64,000 bases of DNA from an uncultured Thermococci archaeon (GTDB lineage: Archaea; Methanobacteriota_B; Thermococci; Methanofastidiosales; B48-G16), in NCBI GenBank assembly GCA_964595645.1, contig CAZQQT010000002.1, positions 64,001 to 128,000 of the forward strand, written 5' to 3'. The first letter of the stretch is position 1. Each line of letters begins with the position of its first letter. Under the pieces are notes generated by a model. That model did not search any database. It had not been told where the DNA came from and saw only the letters and a list, made by a program, of their open reading frames with translations. A program made the position numbers and the translations under genes. Below, one piece after another: positions 28,984-38,987 of this stretch.

Positions 28984-31167
28984 ATGCCGTATATTGATCA
29001 TCCTCTTGTCACAAAAAATAAAATAGACGCCAGAAAGTATCAGGAGATGATTGTTGACAGCTGTAGGGAGAAAAACTCTCTCATTGTGCTCCCTACGGGT
29101 TTGGGAAAGACGATTATCGCTGCCTTGCTGGCAGTCTATCGGCTTCAGAAGTACGACGGCAAAGTTGTATTTCTGGCACCCACAAAGCCCCTGGTGATGC
29201 AGCACTACGAGACGTTCTCCCAGGTACTCAACGTTGAAGACATGAATGTGTTTACCGGGGCGGTCTCTCCCTCCGAACGAAATGAACGGTATGAAGATAC
29301 CACCATCGTGTTTGCCACTCCGCAGGTGATAGAAAATGATATTATCTCCCGTCGACTCGATCTCAGCGATGTATCGATGGTGATCTTCGATGAAGCCCAC
29401 AGGGCAGTGGGAGATTACGCGTACGTTTTCATTGCAGAGAGGTATATGGGAACTGGGACAGATCCACTCATCACAGGACTTACAGCTTCTCCAGGCAGCG
29501 AGAAGAAAAAAATTGAGGAAGTCCTCGACAACCTCTATATTGAGAACATTGAAGTACGAACGGAGGAATCTCCCGATATCAAAGAGTATATCCAGGATAT
29601 CGACGTTCAATGGATTGAGGTGGAATTTCCACAGGAGTATGAGAAAATTCGCGATTATCTCGAGAAATATTTTAAAAGTAAGTTGAAAATCCTGAACAAC
29701 ATCGGCTTTTTAAACACTACATCCACAAACATATCTAAAAAGGCGCTTCTGGATATAGGACGAAGGATACGGAAAAAAATGAATAACCCCTATGGGAAAA
29801 AGAACAAACGGTACTTCATCGGGATTATGGCGCAGGCATCGGCTATCAAGATTCACCACGCCATGGAGCTTCTCGAGACGCAGGGTGTAATTCCCTTCTT
29901 AGATTATATTGATCGGCTCAAGAATCAGAGCGCCAAGTCCGCGAAGAACATTATCAACTCCCCTTTCGTAAAAAAAGCGGTCCATCTGGCGAAAACAATT
30001 GAAATGAAACATCCAAAGTACAAAAAACTGCGAGAAATCGTGGAAAATGAGATCCCCCACTGTAAGAACATCATTGTCTTCTCCCAGTACCGGGACTCCG
30101 CCCAGAAGATCGTTGACATGTTAACTGAGATTGACGGCGTGAGGCCGGTGCGGTTTGTGGGACAGAGCTCGAAGGAGAAAGATAAGGGACTGACACAGAA
30201 AAAACAGAAGGAGATCCTGGAGAAATTTCGCGCACAGGAGTACAATACGCTGGTAGCAACCTCTATAGCAGAGGAGGGGCTGGACATTCCGAGCGTGGAT
30301 CTCGTGATCTTTTTTGAGCCGGTACCTTCAGAGATACGGACGATCCAGCGGCGGGGAAGAACGGGACGGAGAAGGGCGGGGCGGGTGATCGTTCTCTATA
30401 CTGGAGACACGCGGGATGAGGCGTACTTCTGGGTCTCCAAACGAAAGGAAAAAAAGATGCATAAAATCCTCACGCAGATGAAAAACAAGCTTGAGAAAAA
30501 GGAACAGATAGAAAAACAAACGAAAATCGATGATTTTATAAAGATACTGGTAGACCATAGAGAAAAAGGTCCGGTGGTGAAACACCTCTCCTCCCGCTGT
30601 GCCGTAGAACAGAAGGATCTTCCCGTCGGCGACTACGTCCTTTCCGAGCGGGTATGCGTTGAAAGAAAGAGCACAGAAGATTTTCTTCGAAGTTTGGTGG
30701 ACAGGAAGATATTTCAACAGGTTAAAGGCATTGCTGAGAACTACGAGATACCGATTCTCATTATTGAAGGGGAGGATCTCTACACACAGCATGATATCTC
30801 ATCAAAGTCTATTTTGAACGCGATAATATCAATCATCGTTGATTTCAACGTGTTTGTACTGTTCACGAAGGATGCCTATGAGACAATGCTCATGCTGGTA
30901 GACATCGCACAACGGGAACAGAAACACGAGAGAAAGGAAATTCCAGTGCGAGGAAGTAAACAATCGATGAACTTGAAGGACAACCAGCGTTACGTGATTG
31001 AAGGGCTCCCCAATATCTCCGCTACCCTGGCGCAACGTCTTCTCCGTCACTTTGGCAATGTCAAAGCCGTGTTCAACGCGTCAAAAGATGAGTTGATGGA
31101 GGTCAGAGGCATCGGGGAGAAAACTGCCGAAGGAATTCTGCAGGTGATCGAGGAGGAGTACGAGTGA
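28984..31167 (+). CDS. hef: Hef helicase/ERCC4 nuclease (FANCM homologue)
   Basis: PTGLGKT, DEAH, TASPG, QRRGRTGR, GDY...ERKS, two HhH motifs; start refined to ATG 28984. Confidence 0.95.
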   Translation: MPYIDHPLVTKNKIDARKYQEMIVDSCREKNSLIVLPTGLGKTIIAALLAVYRLQKYDGKVVFLAPTKPLVMQHYETFSQVLNVEDMNVFTGAVSPSERNERYEDTTIVFATPQVIENDIISRRLDLSDVSMVIFDEAHRAVGDYAYVFIAERYMGTGTDPLITGLTASPGSEKKKIEEVLDNLYIENIEVRTEESPDIKEYIQDIDVQWIEVEFPQEYEKIRDYLEKYFKSKLKILNNIGFLNTTSTNISKKALLDIGRRIRKKMNNPYGKKNKRYFIGIMAQASAIKIHHAMELLETQGVIPFLDYIDRLKNQSAKSAKNIINSPFVKKAVHLAKTIEMKHPKYKKLREIVENEIPHCKNIIVFSQYRDSAQKIVDMLTEIDGVRPVRFVGQSSKEKDKGLTQKKQKEILEKFRAQEYNTLVATSIAEEGLDIPSVDLVIFFEPVPSEIRTIQRRGRTGRRRAGRVIVLYTGDTRDEAYFWVSKRKEKKMHKILTQMKNKLEKKEQIEKQTKIDDFIKILVDHREKGPVVKHLSSRCAVEQKDLPVGDYVLSERVCVERKSTEDFLRSLVDRKIFQQVKGIAENYEIPILIIEGEDLYTQHDISSKSILNAIISIIVDFNVFVLFTKDAYETMLMLVDIAQREQKHERKEIPVRGSKQSMNLKDNQRYVIEGLPNISATLAQRLLRHFGNVKAVFNASKDELMEVRGIGEKTAEGILQVIEEEYE

Positions 31168-31185
31168 AGGGGAGATAAGGCGAAG

Positions 31186-31527
31186 TTAGTCTCTTGGCTC
31201 AAGCAAGAATGTCAATCCCTCTTTTTTGCGCTGTATTACTTCCTTGCTCCTCAAGGATTTTACAATTCTGCAGATCTTATATTTACTAAATCCTGTAATT
31301 TCCGGTAGATCAGACTGGTAGATTCCTTCTGATTTTCTGATAAGATCGAAGATGAGTTCTTCATCTTCATTTAGATCGCTCATATCCGTACTTTCTTCTT
31401 GGAGTATCTTTTCTTTGTCGATGATACCTTCGATTTTTCCAATGAGAATTTTGTTTTTGAGATCAATAACGATATTACACTCATTCAGTTCTACTTTTTC
31501 TTTACCCTCTTCTTCTATGTCCCCCAT
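31186..31527 (-). CDS. Winged-helix (MarR-like) transcriptional regulator
   Basis: LNEDEELIFDLI...IYQSDLPEITGFSKYKICRIVKSL...IQRKKEG. Confidence 0.8.
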   Translation of the reverse strand: MGDIEEEGKEKVELNECNIVIDLKNKILIGKIEGIIDKEKILQEESTDMSDLNEDEELIFDLIRKSEGIYQSDLPEITGFSKYKICRIVKSLRSKEVIQRKKEGLTFLLEPRD

Positions 31528-31573
31528 GCAGTAGTATCTATTTGAATGTTTATAAATGTTATCTTAATAATAG

Positions 31574-31599
31574 GTGCAACTATTTATAAATAGTTGCAC
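31574..31599. promoter_or_regulatory. Perfect 26-bp palindrome centred on a TATA box
   Basis: GTGCAACTATTTA|TAAATAGTTGCAC between the divergent wHTH and radical SAM genes. Confidence 0.75.
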
Positions 31600-31678
31600 A
31601 AAGTTAACAGAAAATTACTTATATTGTTGCAATATAGTAAAAGTAACGAATACAAAATAGGGGAGGAATAGAAAAAAA

Positions 31679-33529
31679 ATGAGAATTAGACGTGTGGGAG
31701 AGCATGCCGTTATAGAAAAAGGTAGTACTTTACTGTTGTTCAACACTATAGACTCAGGATTATACAAGATAAAACCCATTACCGAAAAATTATTCAATCT
31801 CGTACAAAAACATGGTATAGAAACCGCAAAGAAACTGATGAAGGAAGGAGATGTAGAGGACATTGCGGAAGAAAAAATTACAGAATTAACAGAAAATGGG
31901 TTTTTAGATCAAGAGCCAGATTTTACCCCTCCCACAACGTTCCCTATTACAGGCATGTCTCTCAATGTGTCTCACGACTGCAACCTCAACTGTCGGTACT
32001 GTTATGGAGGAGGCGGTACATATGTAGGAGAAAAATCTTATATGAATAAAGAAATTGGAGAAACATCTATAGATCGTTTATTAGGGTGGAGTGAAGACTG
32101 TGAAAGAATATATCTCAATTTTTTTGGTGGGGAACCGCTCTTAAATTTTTCGTTGATACAACACTTGGTGAACTACGGAAATAAGAAGGCTGAGTTAGAG
32201 GGGAAGCGCATAAAATATAGTATAACCTCCAATTGTACGCTTCTTACCGAAAAAATTATAAAATTTCTCAATGATCACAATATAAACGTCCTTGCGAGCA
32301 TGGACGGACCAAAACCTATTCAGAATACAAATCGCCCTTTTAAAAATGGAGGAGGTTCTTATGACACCATCGCGTCAAATGTACAAAAACTTTTCTCAAC
32401 GCGGAAAACTGTTACTGCACGGGCGACACTTACACGAGATTGCATATCCCTTAATACGATCATTAATGGATTAAGAAGTGTTGGATTCAAGTATATACAC
32501 ATAGAGCCAGTAACAGCCGATAATACTTGTTCATTTGCACTTTCAGAAGAAGATTTTGAAACATTAAAAAAAGAATATGAAAATGTTGGAAAAATATTTA
32601 TGGACAGTGTTTTGAGGGGCGATCCTATTGGATTTTCAAATATTCTCAGAATGATACATCGAATATACAACTCAGTTATACGGCATTATCCCTGTGGTGC
32701 CGGAAAAACGACATTCTGCAAAATAATGAACGGGCTCGTGATACCGAGTTCCGGAAATCTCTATATCGATGGGTACGAGACCATAGAGGATCACAATGAG
32801 ATCTCCAAACGAATGGTGACCGTGTTCGGAGGCGAACGGGAGATGTGGGGACTGTTCTCATGGAGGGTCCCGGTGGAGAAGAACCTCCGATATATCGCCG
32901 AGCTCTGGAAGGTACCGTCGGACTGCGTCAACGAAAGAATCGACTACGCGCTCGATATCCTCAATCTCGAAGACAAACGCACGGAATGGTACCAGAAGCT
33001 CTCGGCGGGTATGAAACAGAAGGTACATCTCGCCTTAGCATTCATCGTCCAGCCCAAGATCATCGTGTTAGATGAGCCGACGATCCGGCTGGATGTCCCC
33101 ACAAAACGACACGTCCATAAAGTTATACAAAAGGAACTGTGCGCTACGCTCGGATCCACAGTACTCCTCACAACACACGATATGCACGAAGCAGAAACGC
33201 TCTGTGATCGGGTCGCAATTCTCAATACCACAATTGAATCCATCGACAAACCCGAGAACATTAAGGAACTCTCCAAACAGTATGAAATTATGGAATTGAA
33301 ACTGAAAGAGAGCAACACAGCCCTGAAAACTGCACTGAAACCATTTGTCATGCGGATAGAGGATCGGTACCACAATGGAAAGTGGTACATGAAAATATTT
33401 TTCGAGGACAAACACACGAACCTGCCCAGGATTTTAGAGGTAGTGAAAGATGCGGTCGATGATATTCGAATGAGAACGCCCTCGTTGGAAGACGCCTTTG
33501 TCTATTTGGTGAGAGATGATGACCATTAG
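31679..33529 (+). CDS. Chimeric ORF: RRE-radical SAM (SPASM domain lost) fused in frame to an ABC ATPase (N-terminus lost)
   Basis: CNLNCRYC, FFGGEPLLN, SMDGP, then HYPCGAGKTT, LSAGM, IIVLDEPT, TTHD, PSLEDAF. Confidence 0.88.
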   Translation: MRIRRVGEHAVIEKGSTLLLFNTIDSGLYKIKPITEKLFNLVQKHGIETAKKLMKEGDVEDIAEEKITELTENGFLDQEPDFTPPTTFPITGMSLNVSHDCNLNCRYCYGGGGTYVGEKSYMNKEIGETSIDRLLGWSEDCERIYLNFFGGEPLLNFSLIQHLVNYGNKKAELEGKRIKYSITSNCTLLTEKIIKFLNDHNINVLASMDGPKPIQNTNRPFKNGGGSYDTIASNVQKLFSTRKTVTARATLTRDCISLNTIINGLRSVGFKYIHIEPVTADNTCSFALSEEDFETLKKEYENVGKIFMDSVLRGDPIGFSNILRMIHRIYNSVIRHYPCGAGKTTFCKIMNGLVIPSSGNLYIDGYETIEDHNEISKRMVTVFGGEREMWGLFSWRVPVEKNLRYIAELWKVPSDCVNERIDYALDILNLEDKRTEWYQKLSAGMKQKVHLALAFIVQPKIIVLDEPTIRLDVPTKRHVHKVIQKELCATLGSTVLLTTHDMHEAETLCDRVAILNTTIESIDKPENIKELSKQYEIMELKLKESNTALKTALKPFVMRIEDRYHNGKWYMKIFFEDKHTNLPRILEVVKDAVDDIRMRTPSLEDAFVYLVRDDDH

Positions 33530-34322
33530 ATCGGAGTTTCGAACGGTACGTGCCTTTCTCACCGTGGGGTTTCACGTGTTCCTCTCCCGTCGGTGGAACC
33601 TCATCTCACAGTTCCTCGGAATCGCGGTGAACGTAGCGGTGATCGGTATCTTCGCAAAACTCGTCACATTGGACGCAGATATCGCACAGTACGGCACCCC
33701 ACGGTTCCTCGAGTTCTTTGTGATCGCCATGTTCATCACGAACCTCGTGTTTATTAGTAGCGGGAGTATCTCAGGAGTTATCCGGGGTACCACCTTTGCC
33801 AATCTCTATACCTCCCCCTGTCGATTAGGTACCATTTTCATCGGAGGGAACGCGTGGAAAATTGTCTGGAGGTTTCTCACGAGCTTTTTCTTTATTTTCA
33901 TGGCGGTCATCGTGTTCGGTGCTAAAATTTATTTCAACACAGGATTCATTGTCGTGTTCATTTCCGGGTTTGTACTGATGCTTGCGCTGGATCTTTTTGC
34001 TGCGGGATTCACCATCGTGACAAAGTCCCCGCAGGATCCTATCAACTGGTTTTTAGGGCTCACATCGCAGCTCGTCTCGGGTACGTACTTCCCCATCGAG
34101 GAGCTCCCATCATGGCTCCGTCCTGTGGCCCATATTCATCCCCAGACCTACGTGAATAAATTCGCCCGGCTGACCATGGGCGGCAATGCCAGTCTTACCG
34201 ATGTCTGGCCGGAGCTCAGGGCCTTTATTCTCACGACAGTGATCATGCTCATTATTGGCTACACAATGTTCGTCTACGGATTTAACCGTGCGAGGATCTC
34301 GGGGACGTTGGGACATCAGTGA
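33516..34322 (+). CDS. ABC-2 type transporter permease
   Basis: About 6 TMs, SGTYFPIEELPSWL...HPQTY. Confidence 0.9.
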   Translation: MMTIRSEFRTVRAFLTVGFHVFLSRRWNLISQFLGIAVNVAVIGIFAKLVTLDADIAQYGTPRFLEFFVIAMFITNLVFISSGSISGVIRGTTFANLYTSPCRLGTIFIGGNAWKIVWRFLTSFFFIFMAVIVFGAKIYFNTGFIVVFISGFVLMLALDLFAAGFTIVTKSPQDPINWFLGLTSQLVSGTYFPIEELPSWLRPVAHIHPQTYVNKFARLTMGGNASLTDVWPELRAFILTTVIMLIIGYTMFVYGFNRARISGTLGHQ

Positions 34323-34386
34323 TGCTTCTCAGAACCGAAAAGTCTTTTAATATGAGTGGAGATAGATATATGGATGAGGTGATCTA

Positions 34387-34554
34387 ATGGACCTTCGATG
34401 TCCGGTATGTGATTTCAGCGTTGAAGTACACCGTCCACGGGAAGGTAAAGTTGTACAATGTGAGGAGTGCAAACAGGATCTGAAACTCATTAAAAACGAG
34501 GAATGGGAACTTACAATCTTTGAACGGGAGGAAGAAGAGCGACTTCTAGGATAA
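34387..34554 (+). CDS. 55-aa zinc-ribbon protein, LysW-like
   Basis: MDLRCPVCDFSVEVHRPREGKVVQCEECKQDLKLIKNEEWELTIFEREEEERLLG*; GAGGTGA RBS; too short for the ORF track. Confidence 0.75.
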   Translation: MDLRCPVCDFSVEVHRPREGKVVQCEECKQDLKLIKNEEWELTIFEREEEERLLG

Positions 34555-34556
34555 CA

Positions 34557-35770
34557 ATGAACTCTCAAAAATCTTTTTATATTTTTATTCCTTTTAGAAT
34601 GGCGCAGGGGTGCACGTCCATTCTTCTTCCTTTGTTGATTTTGAACCTCGGAGGGAAAGCAAAGGAAGTAGGACTTATTATTGGGATTTATACGGCAGCA
34701 TCAATGATTGGTACTGTGCTGTGGGCAAAACTGTCGGATAAGCTGAAAAAGAGAAAGATTTTTATTCTTTTTGGATTTTTAGGGACCTCATTGTCGTATT
34801 TCGCTCTTTCAGCGGCATCCTCGCTGCAGGCTGTACTCGCAATCCAAATAGTTTTTGCCCTGATTATCGCTGCAGAGGTACCTGTGTCAACAGTATACAT
34901 CCTCCGAAGCGCCACGAAACATGAGTGGGACGATGCCATAGGCAGGTTTAACCAGATAGGAGGATGGGCGTGGTTGTTGGATTATTTATGGGTATGGCAT
35001 CATTAATTTTTCTTTCCGTGAGGAATTTATTTGTTTTCAACAGTGCAATCTCCTTTATCGCCTTTATTTGGGGGCATGCGTATCTGCGGGAGAAACCTGT
35101 GGAGGTGTACAGGAAACGGCTGCCGCTGTACTTTACACAGATCCTGGAACACACAAAGTATCTTCCAAACTATCTCATCCATGTCCCAAAGGCAGCAGTA
35201 ACAAAGGTGAAGGAAGTCAATTCGTTTCTTGTCTCGGTCTACTTCATACTCGTGGCTTCGGGACTGATATTTACACCTATGGTTCCTTATCTCAAAATGC
35301 TTGGTGCTGGGGCAACACTCTGTTTTTTCGTTTCCTTTCTACATTTTACAGGCTCTGCACTATTCTATCGCCATTCAGGGAAAATTATTTCTACGAAAAG
35401 CCCTCTCAAAATCCTCAATTATGGAGCAATCAGCAGAGTAGTACTTTCTCTCCTCCTGGTACTAATAATCCTGATCAGCGTATCCCTCCCCCTCATCGTT
35501 CTTGTATATGCGATGTTTGGCGTGACGTGGTCATACATTCTGATCCCACTCGTGTCCCACATGTCGAAAATAGCGCCAGAAGACAAGGAGAGTGGAGCCT
35601 TTGGCGCTTTTAACTTTTTTTACTCCTTCGGTCTTCTCACTGGAAGTCTGCTTTCCGGTGTAATTGTGGATTATCTTGGTTACGAGATTGATCTCGTCTT
35701 TGCCGCGACACTTTTTCTCGTTGCAGTACTTAACCTGAGAAACTCCAAAGATGAGATGAAAAACGAATAG
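34557..35770 (+). pseudogene. MFS transporter split by a one-base frameshift near 34972
   Basis: WAKLSDKLKKRK motif A in ORF 34557-35006; the remaining TMs are in overlapping ORF 34964-35770; adding one G gives GGWAWVVGLFMG. Confidence 0.85.
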
Positions 35771-35816
35771 GTGATATACAGTAAAACTTTATATATTATC
35801 TTGACTACGCATTCTC

Positions 35817-36446
35817 ATGATGACGAGGGAGGAGTACAAACGGAAGTTTGTCCATATTTTTATGGGGTTATGGTCTCTCTACCCTCTTGTCCTCACGAAA
35901 TATCAGGCACTCTGCGTTCCCCCTCTCATGGCTGTGCTCGTGGTATTTTTTTGGAGACCCAACGGACTGTGGCCTCAGGGGTTTGAGGCAATGGCCCGGG
36001 AGGAAGATCGCCAGTATGGCATCCTCGTCGGCCCGCTGATCTATATTGTGGCGATCGAGCTCTGCGTTGTGATTTTTCCTGTGCATATTTCCGCAATGTG
36101 TATCGGCATTATGGCATTTGGAGATGGGTTCGCGACAATTATAGGGAGAAACTTCGGGAAACACAGGCATTGGATAGACAAACATAAAACGGTTGAGGGG
36201 AGTCTTGCTTTTTTCGTCGCTGCATTTTTGTACGCGTTTCTTATTCTCCAGTTCATTTCCCCTGTACAGGAGATCAGCTATATTGTAAAAATTGCTCTTA
36301 CCGGCAGTATTTCTGGAATGTTCGTGGAAATGCTTCCCTTCGAATATACGAGGCACGATCAGCGTCTCTTTTCACGGATCATCCTTGACGATAACTTTTT
36401 CGTTCCTGTTGTGTCGAGTGTGTTCATGTTTCTCGGGAGTTTATGA
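35817..36446 (+). CDS. CTP-dependent polyprenol kinase family (dolichol/phytol kinase-like)
   Basis: RKFVHI, AFGDGFATIIG, KTVEGS, DDNFFVP. Confidence 0.88.
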   Translation: MMTREEYKRKFVHIFMGLWSLYPLVLTKYQALCVPPLMAVLVVFFWRPNGLWPQGFEAMAREEDRQYGILVGPLIYIVAIELCVVIFPVHISAMCIGIMAFGDGFATIIGRNFGKHRHWIDKHKTVEGSLAFFVAAFLYAFLILQFISPVQEISYIVKIALTGSISGMFVEMLPFEYTRHDQRLFSRIILDDNFFVPVVSSVFMFLGSL

Positions 36447-37508
36447 AACCTTATATAGCGCAACGAGGTATGAAAGTATTACCAGCGGAAAGGGAGAGAT
36501 ATCCACACATACCAACGTGATTGAGAGCAGAATCGCGTAGTAGGGGAGCACTTTTTTTGCATCGTTCATTTTTTCCCTGAGTGTGCCGAGTACAGCTCCG
36601 AAAAACACCATGACAGGAATACCAAGAACCCCGAATGCCAGTATTAGTGGACCGAGAATCGTGGATGTCGTGTTGTGCGCAGATCCTGTTACTATCTTCC
36701 CCACGATCGTTCCGGTAATAGGATGAAGCCAGAGATCATGTGTGTGTCCCCACAACCCGGCTTTTTCGACGAGTGTATTGAGTACAGATGTTGTATACGA
36801 GGTTCTGTACGCTATCAACTCCACAAAGTTGAGATGCCACTGTTGCGACGAGAACTGCAAAAAGGCGATATTGAGCACGAAAAGGGTGATGATCCCCACA
36901 GGAACGAGCCAGAGATACCGCGTCACTCTTTTGGTGTAGTAGAGCACTACTGCTGTAGAGATCACGAGAATGAGAAGATACGTCCGGTAGCCGTAGAAGA
37001 ACAGTACCACAAACGCTGCAATGAAGTAGGGTAGATTAAATTTCTTTGCTGTCAGAAAAGCAATACCAATATAGAGAAGTGCGTATCCACAGGCGAATAC
37101 AATTGTCAGCGCTTCTCGTTTGACATCGGGATTGAGGAGTGGAATATCTCGGATGTAGATAAAATTGAGGAGAAGCAACGTAATTCCAGCAAAATAGAAT
37201 TTTTTCGAGTATTTTTTAAAATCGAGTTGCATGAGCGCGAGGAGAACGGGAATAATGAGGAATGCGGTATATGAGTAGAGCATGAAACTGTAGTACCCGA
37301 GAACAATTGCTGTAATAAGGAGAATATACTCTCTTTTTATATATACTGTGATCCTCGTCCCGATGTAAAAGCAGAGCATTCCGTAAGCCACATAGAAAAA
37401 CAGGAGTACGTGGGGTGTGTACTCCGTGTACCCCCGTGTGATCACTCCCACAATGATGAATAGGACGTAGGCGAGTATAAAGATATTCGGATGAAAAATA
37501 TCGTCCAT
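36441..37508 (-). CDS. Oligosaccharide repeat-unit polymerase (Wzy-like, archaeal)
   Basis: GYRT motif, TTSTILGPLILAFG, multi-TM. Confidence 0.75.
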   Translation of the reverse strand: MDDIFHPNIFILAYVLFIIVGVITRGYTEYTPHVLLFFYVAYGMLCFYIGTRITVYIKREYILLITAIVLGYYSFMLYSYTAFLIIPVLLALMQLDFKKYSKKFYFAGITLLLLNFIYIRDIPLLNPDVKREALTIVFACGYALLYIGIAFLTAKKFNLPYFIAAFVVLFFYGYRTYLLILVISTAVVLYYTKRVTRYLWLVPVGIITLFVLNIAFLQFSSQQWHLNFVELIAYRTSYTTSVLNTLVEKAGLWGHTHDLWLHPITGTIVGKIVTGSAHNTTSTILGPLILAFGVLGIPVMVFFGAVLGTLREKMNDAKKVLPYYAILLSITLVCVDISPFPLVILSYLVALYKVS

Positions 37509-37517
37509 ACTTCCCGT

Positions 37518-38495
37518 CTATTCCTTCATATAAATCTTTTTTCCACAGGCGGGGCACTGTCCCTCTTCTGTCTTATTTTCTAACAGGCTGAATCCCATTC
37601 TCCTGATCAGCGTCTCCCCGCATTCGGGACAGTAGGTAATATCATTCCGCATCACATTGCCAAGATAGACGTGGTGAAGCCCCATATCTGTTGCAATCTT
37701 TTCTGCCATCTCCAGGGTTTTCATGGGGGTAGGATCGTGATCCTTCATTTTGTAGTGGGGGAAGAATCGAGTGAAGTGGAGTGGGATTTCGGGACTGATC
37801 TCGTACAGTTTTTCACAGACATGCGTGATTTTTTCCTCTGTGTCATTCCACCCAGGGATAATCAGGTTAGTAGCCTCTACGTGTCTGTCATGCTCGTACA
37901 CGATTCGTACGGACTGAAACACATCGTAAAATGGTGCATGGCAGAGTTCCTCGTAAAATGCCTCATCTCCCTTCACATCGATATTGAAACCGTCCATGTA
38001 TTCCACCAGCTTTTTCAGTGGCTTTTCATTGATGTATCCGTTGGTGACCATCACCGTATAGAGATCGTGCTCCTTTGCAAGCTTTGCAGTCTCGTACATA
38101 AACTCGTACCATATTGCCGGTTCGTTGTAGGTGAAGGCAATGCCGTCTGTTTCTTTTGCCATTTCCACGATATCTTTGGGGGAGAACTCCCGGGTGAAGC
38201 TATCCTCCTGAGAGATGGTGTAGTTCTGACAGAACTCACATGCGAAGTTACATCCAATAGTTGCGATGGAGAAAACGGTGCTTCCTGGATGGAAATGGTA
38301 GAGGGGTTTCTTTTCAATAGGATCCCTTCCGAAGGAGGATACCTTTCCGTAGATCTCGGAGTAGAGTGTATTTCCCTCATTCTTCCTTCCCCTACAGAAT
38401 CCATACTCTGATTCGGGAATATAACATTTTCTGGGGCAGAGAAGACATCGCACACCTTCATCCTCTGTGGTGTAAAACTGTGCCTCTTGTAACAT
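37518..38495 (-). CDS. amrS: AmmeMemoRadiSam system radical SAM enzyme
   Basis: CLLCPRKC, DPIEKKPLYHF, GCNFACEFCQN, TYNEP, RFFPHY, YLGN. Confidence 0.95.
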   Translation of the reverse strand: MLQEAQFYTTEDEGVRCLLCPRKCYIPESEYGFCRGRKNEGNTLYSEIYGKVSSFGRDPIEKKPLYHFHPGSTVFSIATIGCNFACEFCQNYTISQEDSFTREFSPKDIVEMAKETDGIAFTYNEPAIWYEFMYETAKLAKEHDLYTVMVTNGYINEKPLKKLVEYMDGFNIDVKGDEAFYEELCHAPFYDVFQSVRIVYEHDRHVEATNLIIPGWNDTEEKITHVCEKLYEISPEIPLHFTRFFPHYKMKDHDPTPMKTLEMAEKIATDMGLHHVYLGNVMRNDITYCPECGETLIRRMGFSLLENKTEEGQCPACGKKIYMKE

Positions 38496-38535
38496 TGCTA
38501 TTATTTATGCAGTATCTCTACTTAAAATTTTTGTT

Positions 38536-38937
38536 TCACAAGATTGTCAGAAGGATAGGTCTACTTCTCGGTCTCGTATCGAAGTTTACCACAACTATCT
38601 GCTGCCACCTTCCTAGTACTAGCCTGTTGTTTTCAAAGGGAACAGTGAGACTCGGGCCAACGATGCTCGCCTTGACATGGCTGGATCCATTGTCGTCGTG
38701 CCACGTTTCATGGTGAGCATAGTAGTCATCCTTCGGTGCAATCTCATCCATTATTCGGGGGAAGTCTTTCTGCAATCCCAGTTCGTACTCTATGGTGGTA
38801 ATTGCACCCGTTGACCCTTCAGAAAAGATGAGTACAGCCCCTTCGTTTCTTTCGCTTTCTTTCACGAACGTTTTCACAGCATCTGTAATGTTTTCCATCC
38901 CTCCGTGTGCTTTCACATCTACATTCAGCCTCTTCAT
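38536..38937 (-). CDS. YjbQ/UPF0047 family protein
   Basis: GSTGAITTIEYE, NGSSHVKAS, LGRWQ. Confidence 0.92.
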   Translation of the reverse strand: MKRLNVDVKAHGGMENITDAVKTFVKESERNEGAVLIFSEGSTGAITTIEYELGLQKDFPRIMDEIAPKDDYYAHHETWHDDNGSSHVKASIVGPSLTVPFENNRLVLGRWQQIVVVNFDTRPRSRPILLTIL

Positions 38938-38987
38938 TTTTTCACCCCTTACTAATGATTATTAAAGTCATGAACCTATAATAAGGT

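Noticed and set aside
31679-32700. Radical SAM domain as an anaerobic sulfatase maturase for the AlkP enzyme
   Set aside because: The AlkP protein lacks a C/S-x-P-x-R sulfatase motif, and the RRE-like N-terminus plus exporter context favour a peptide maturase
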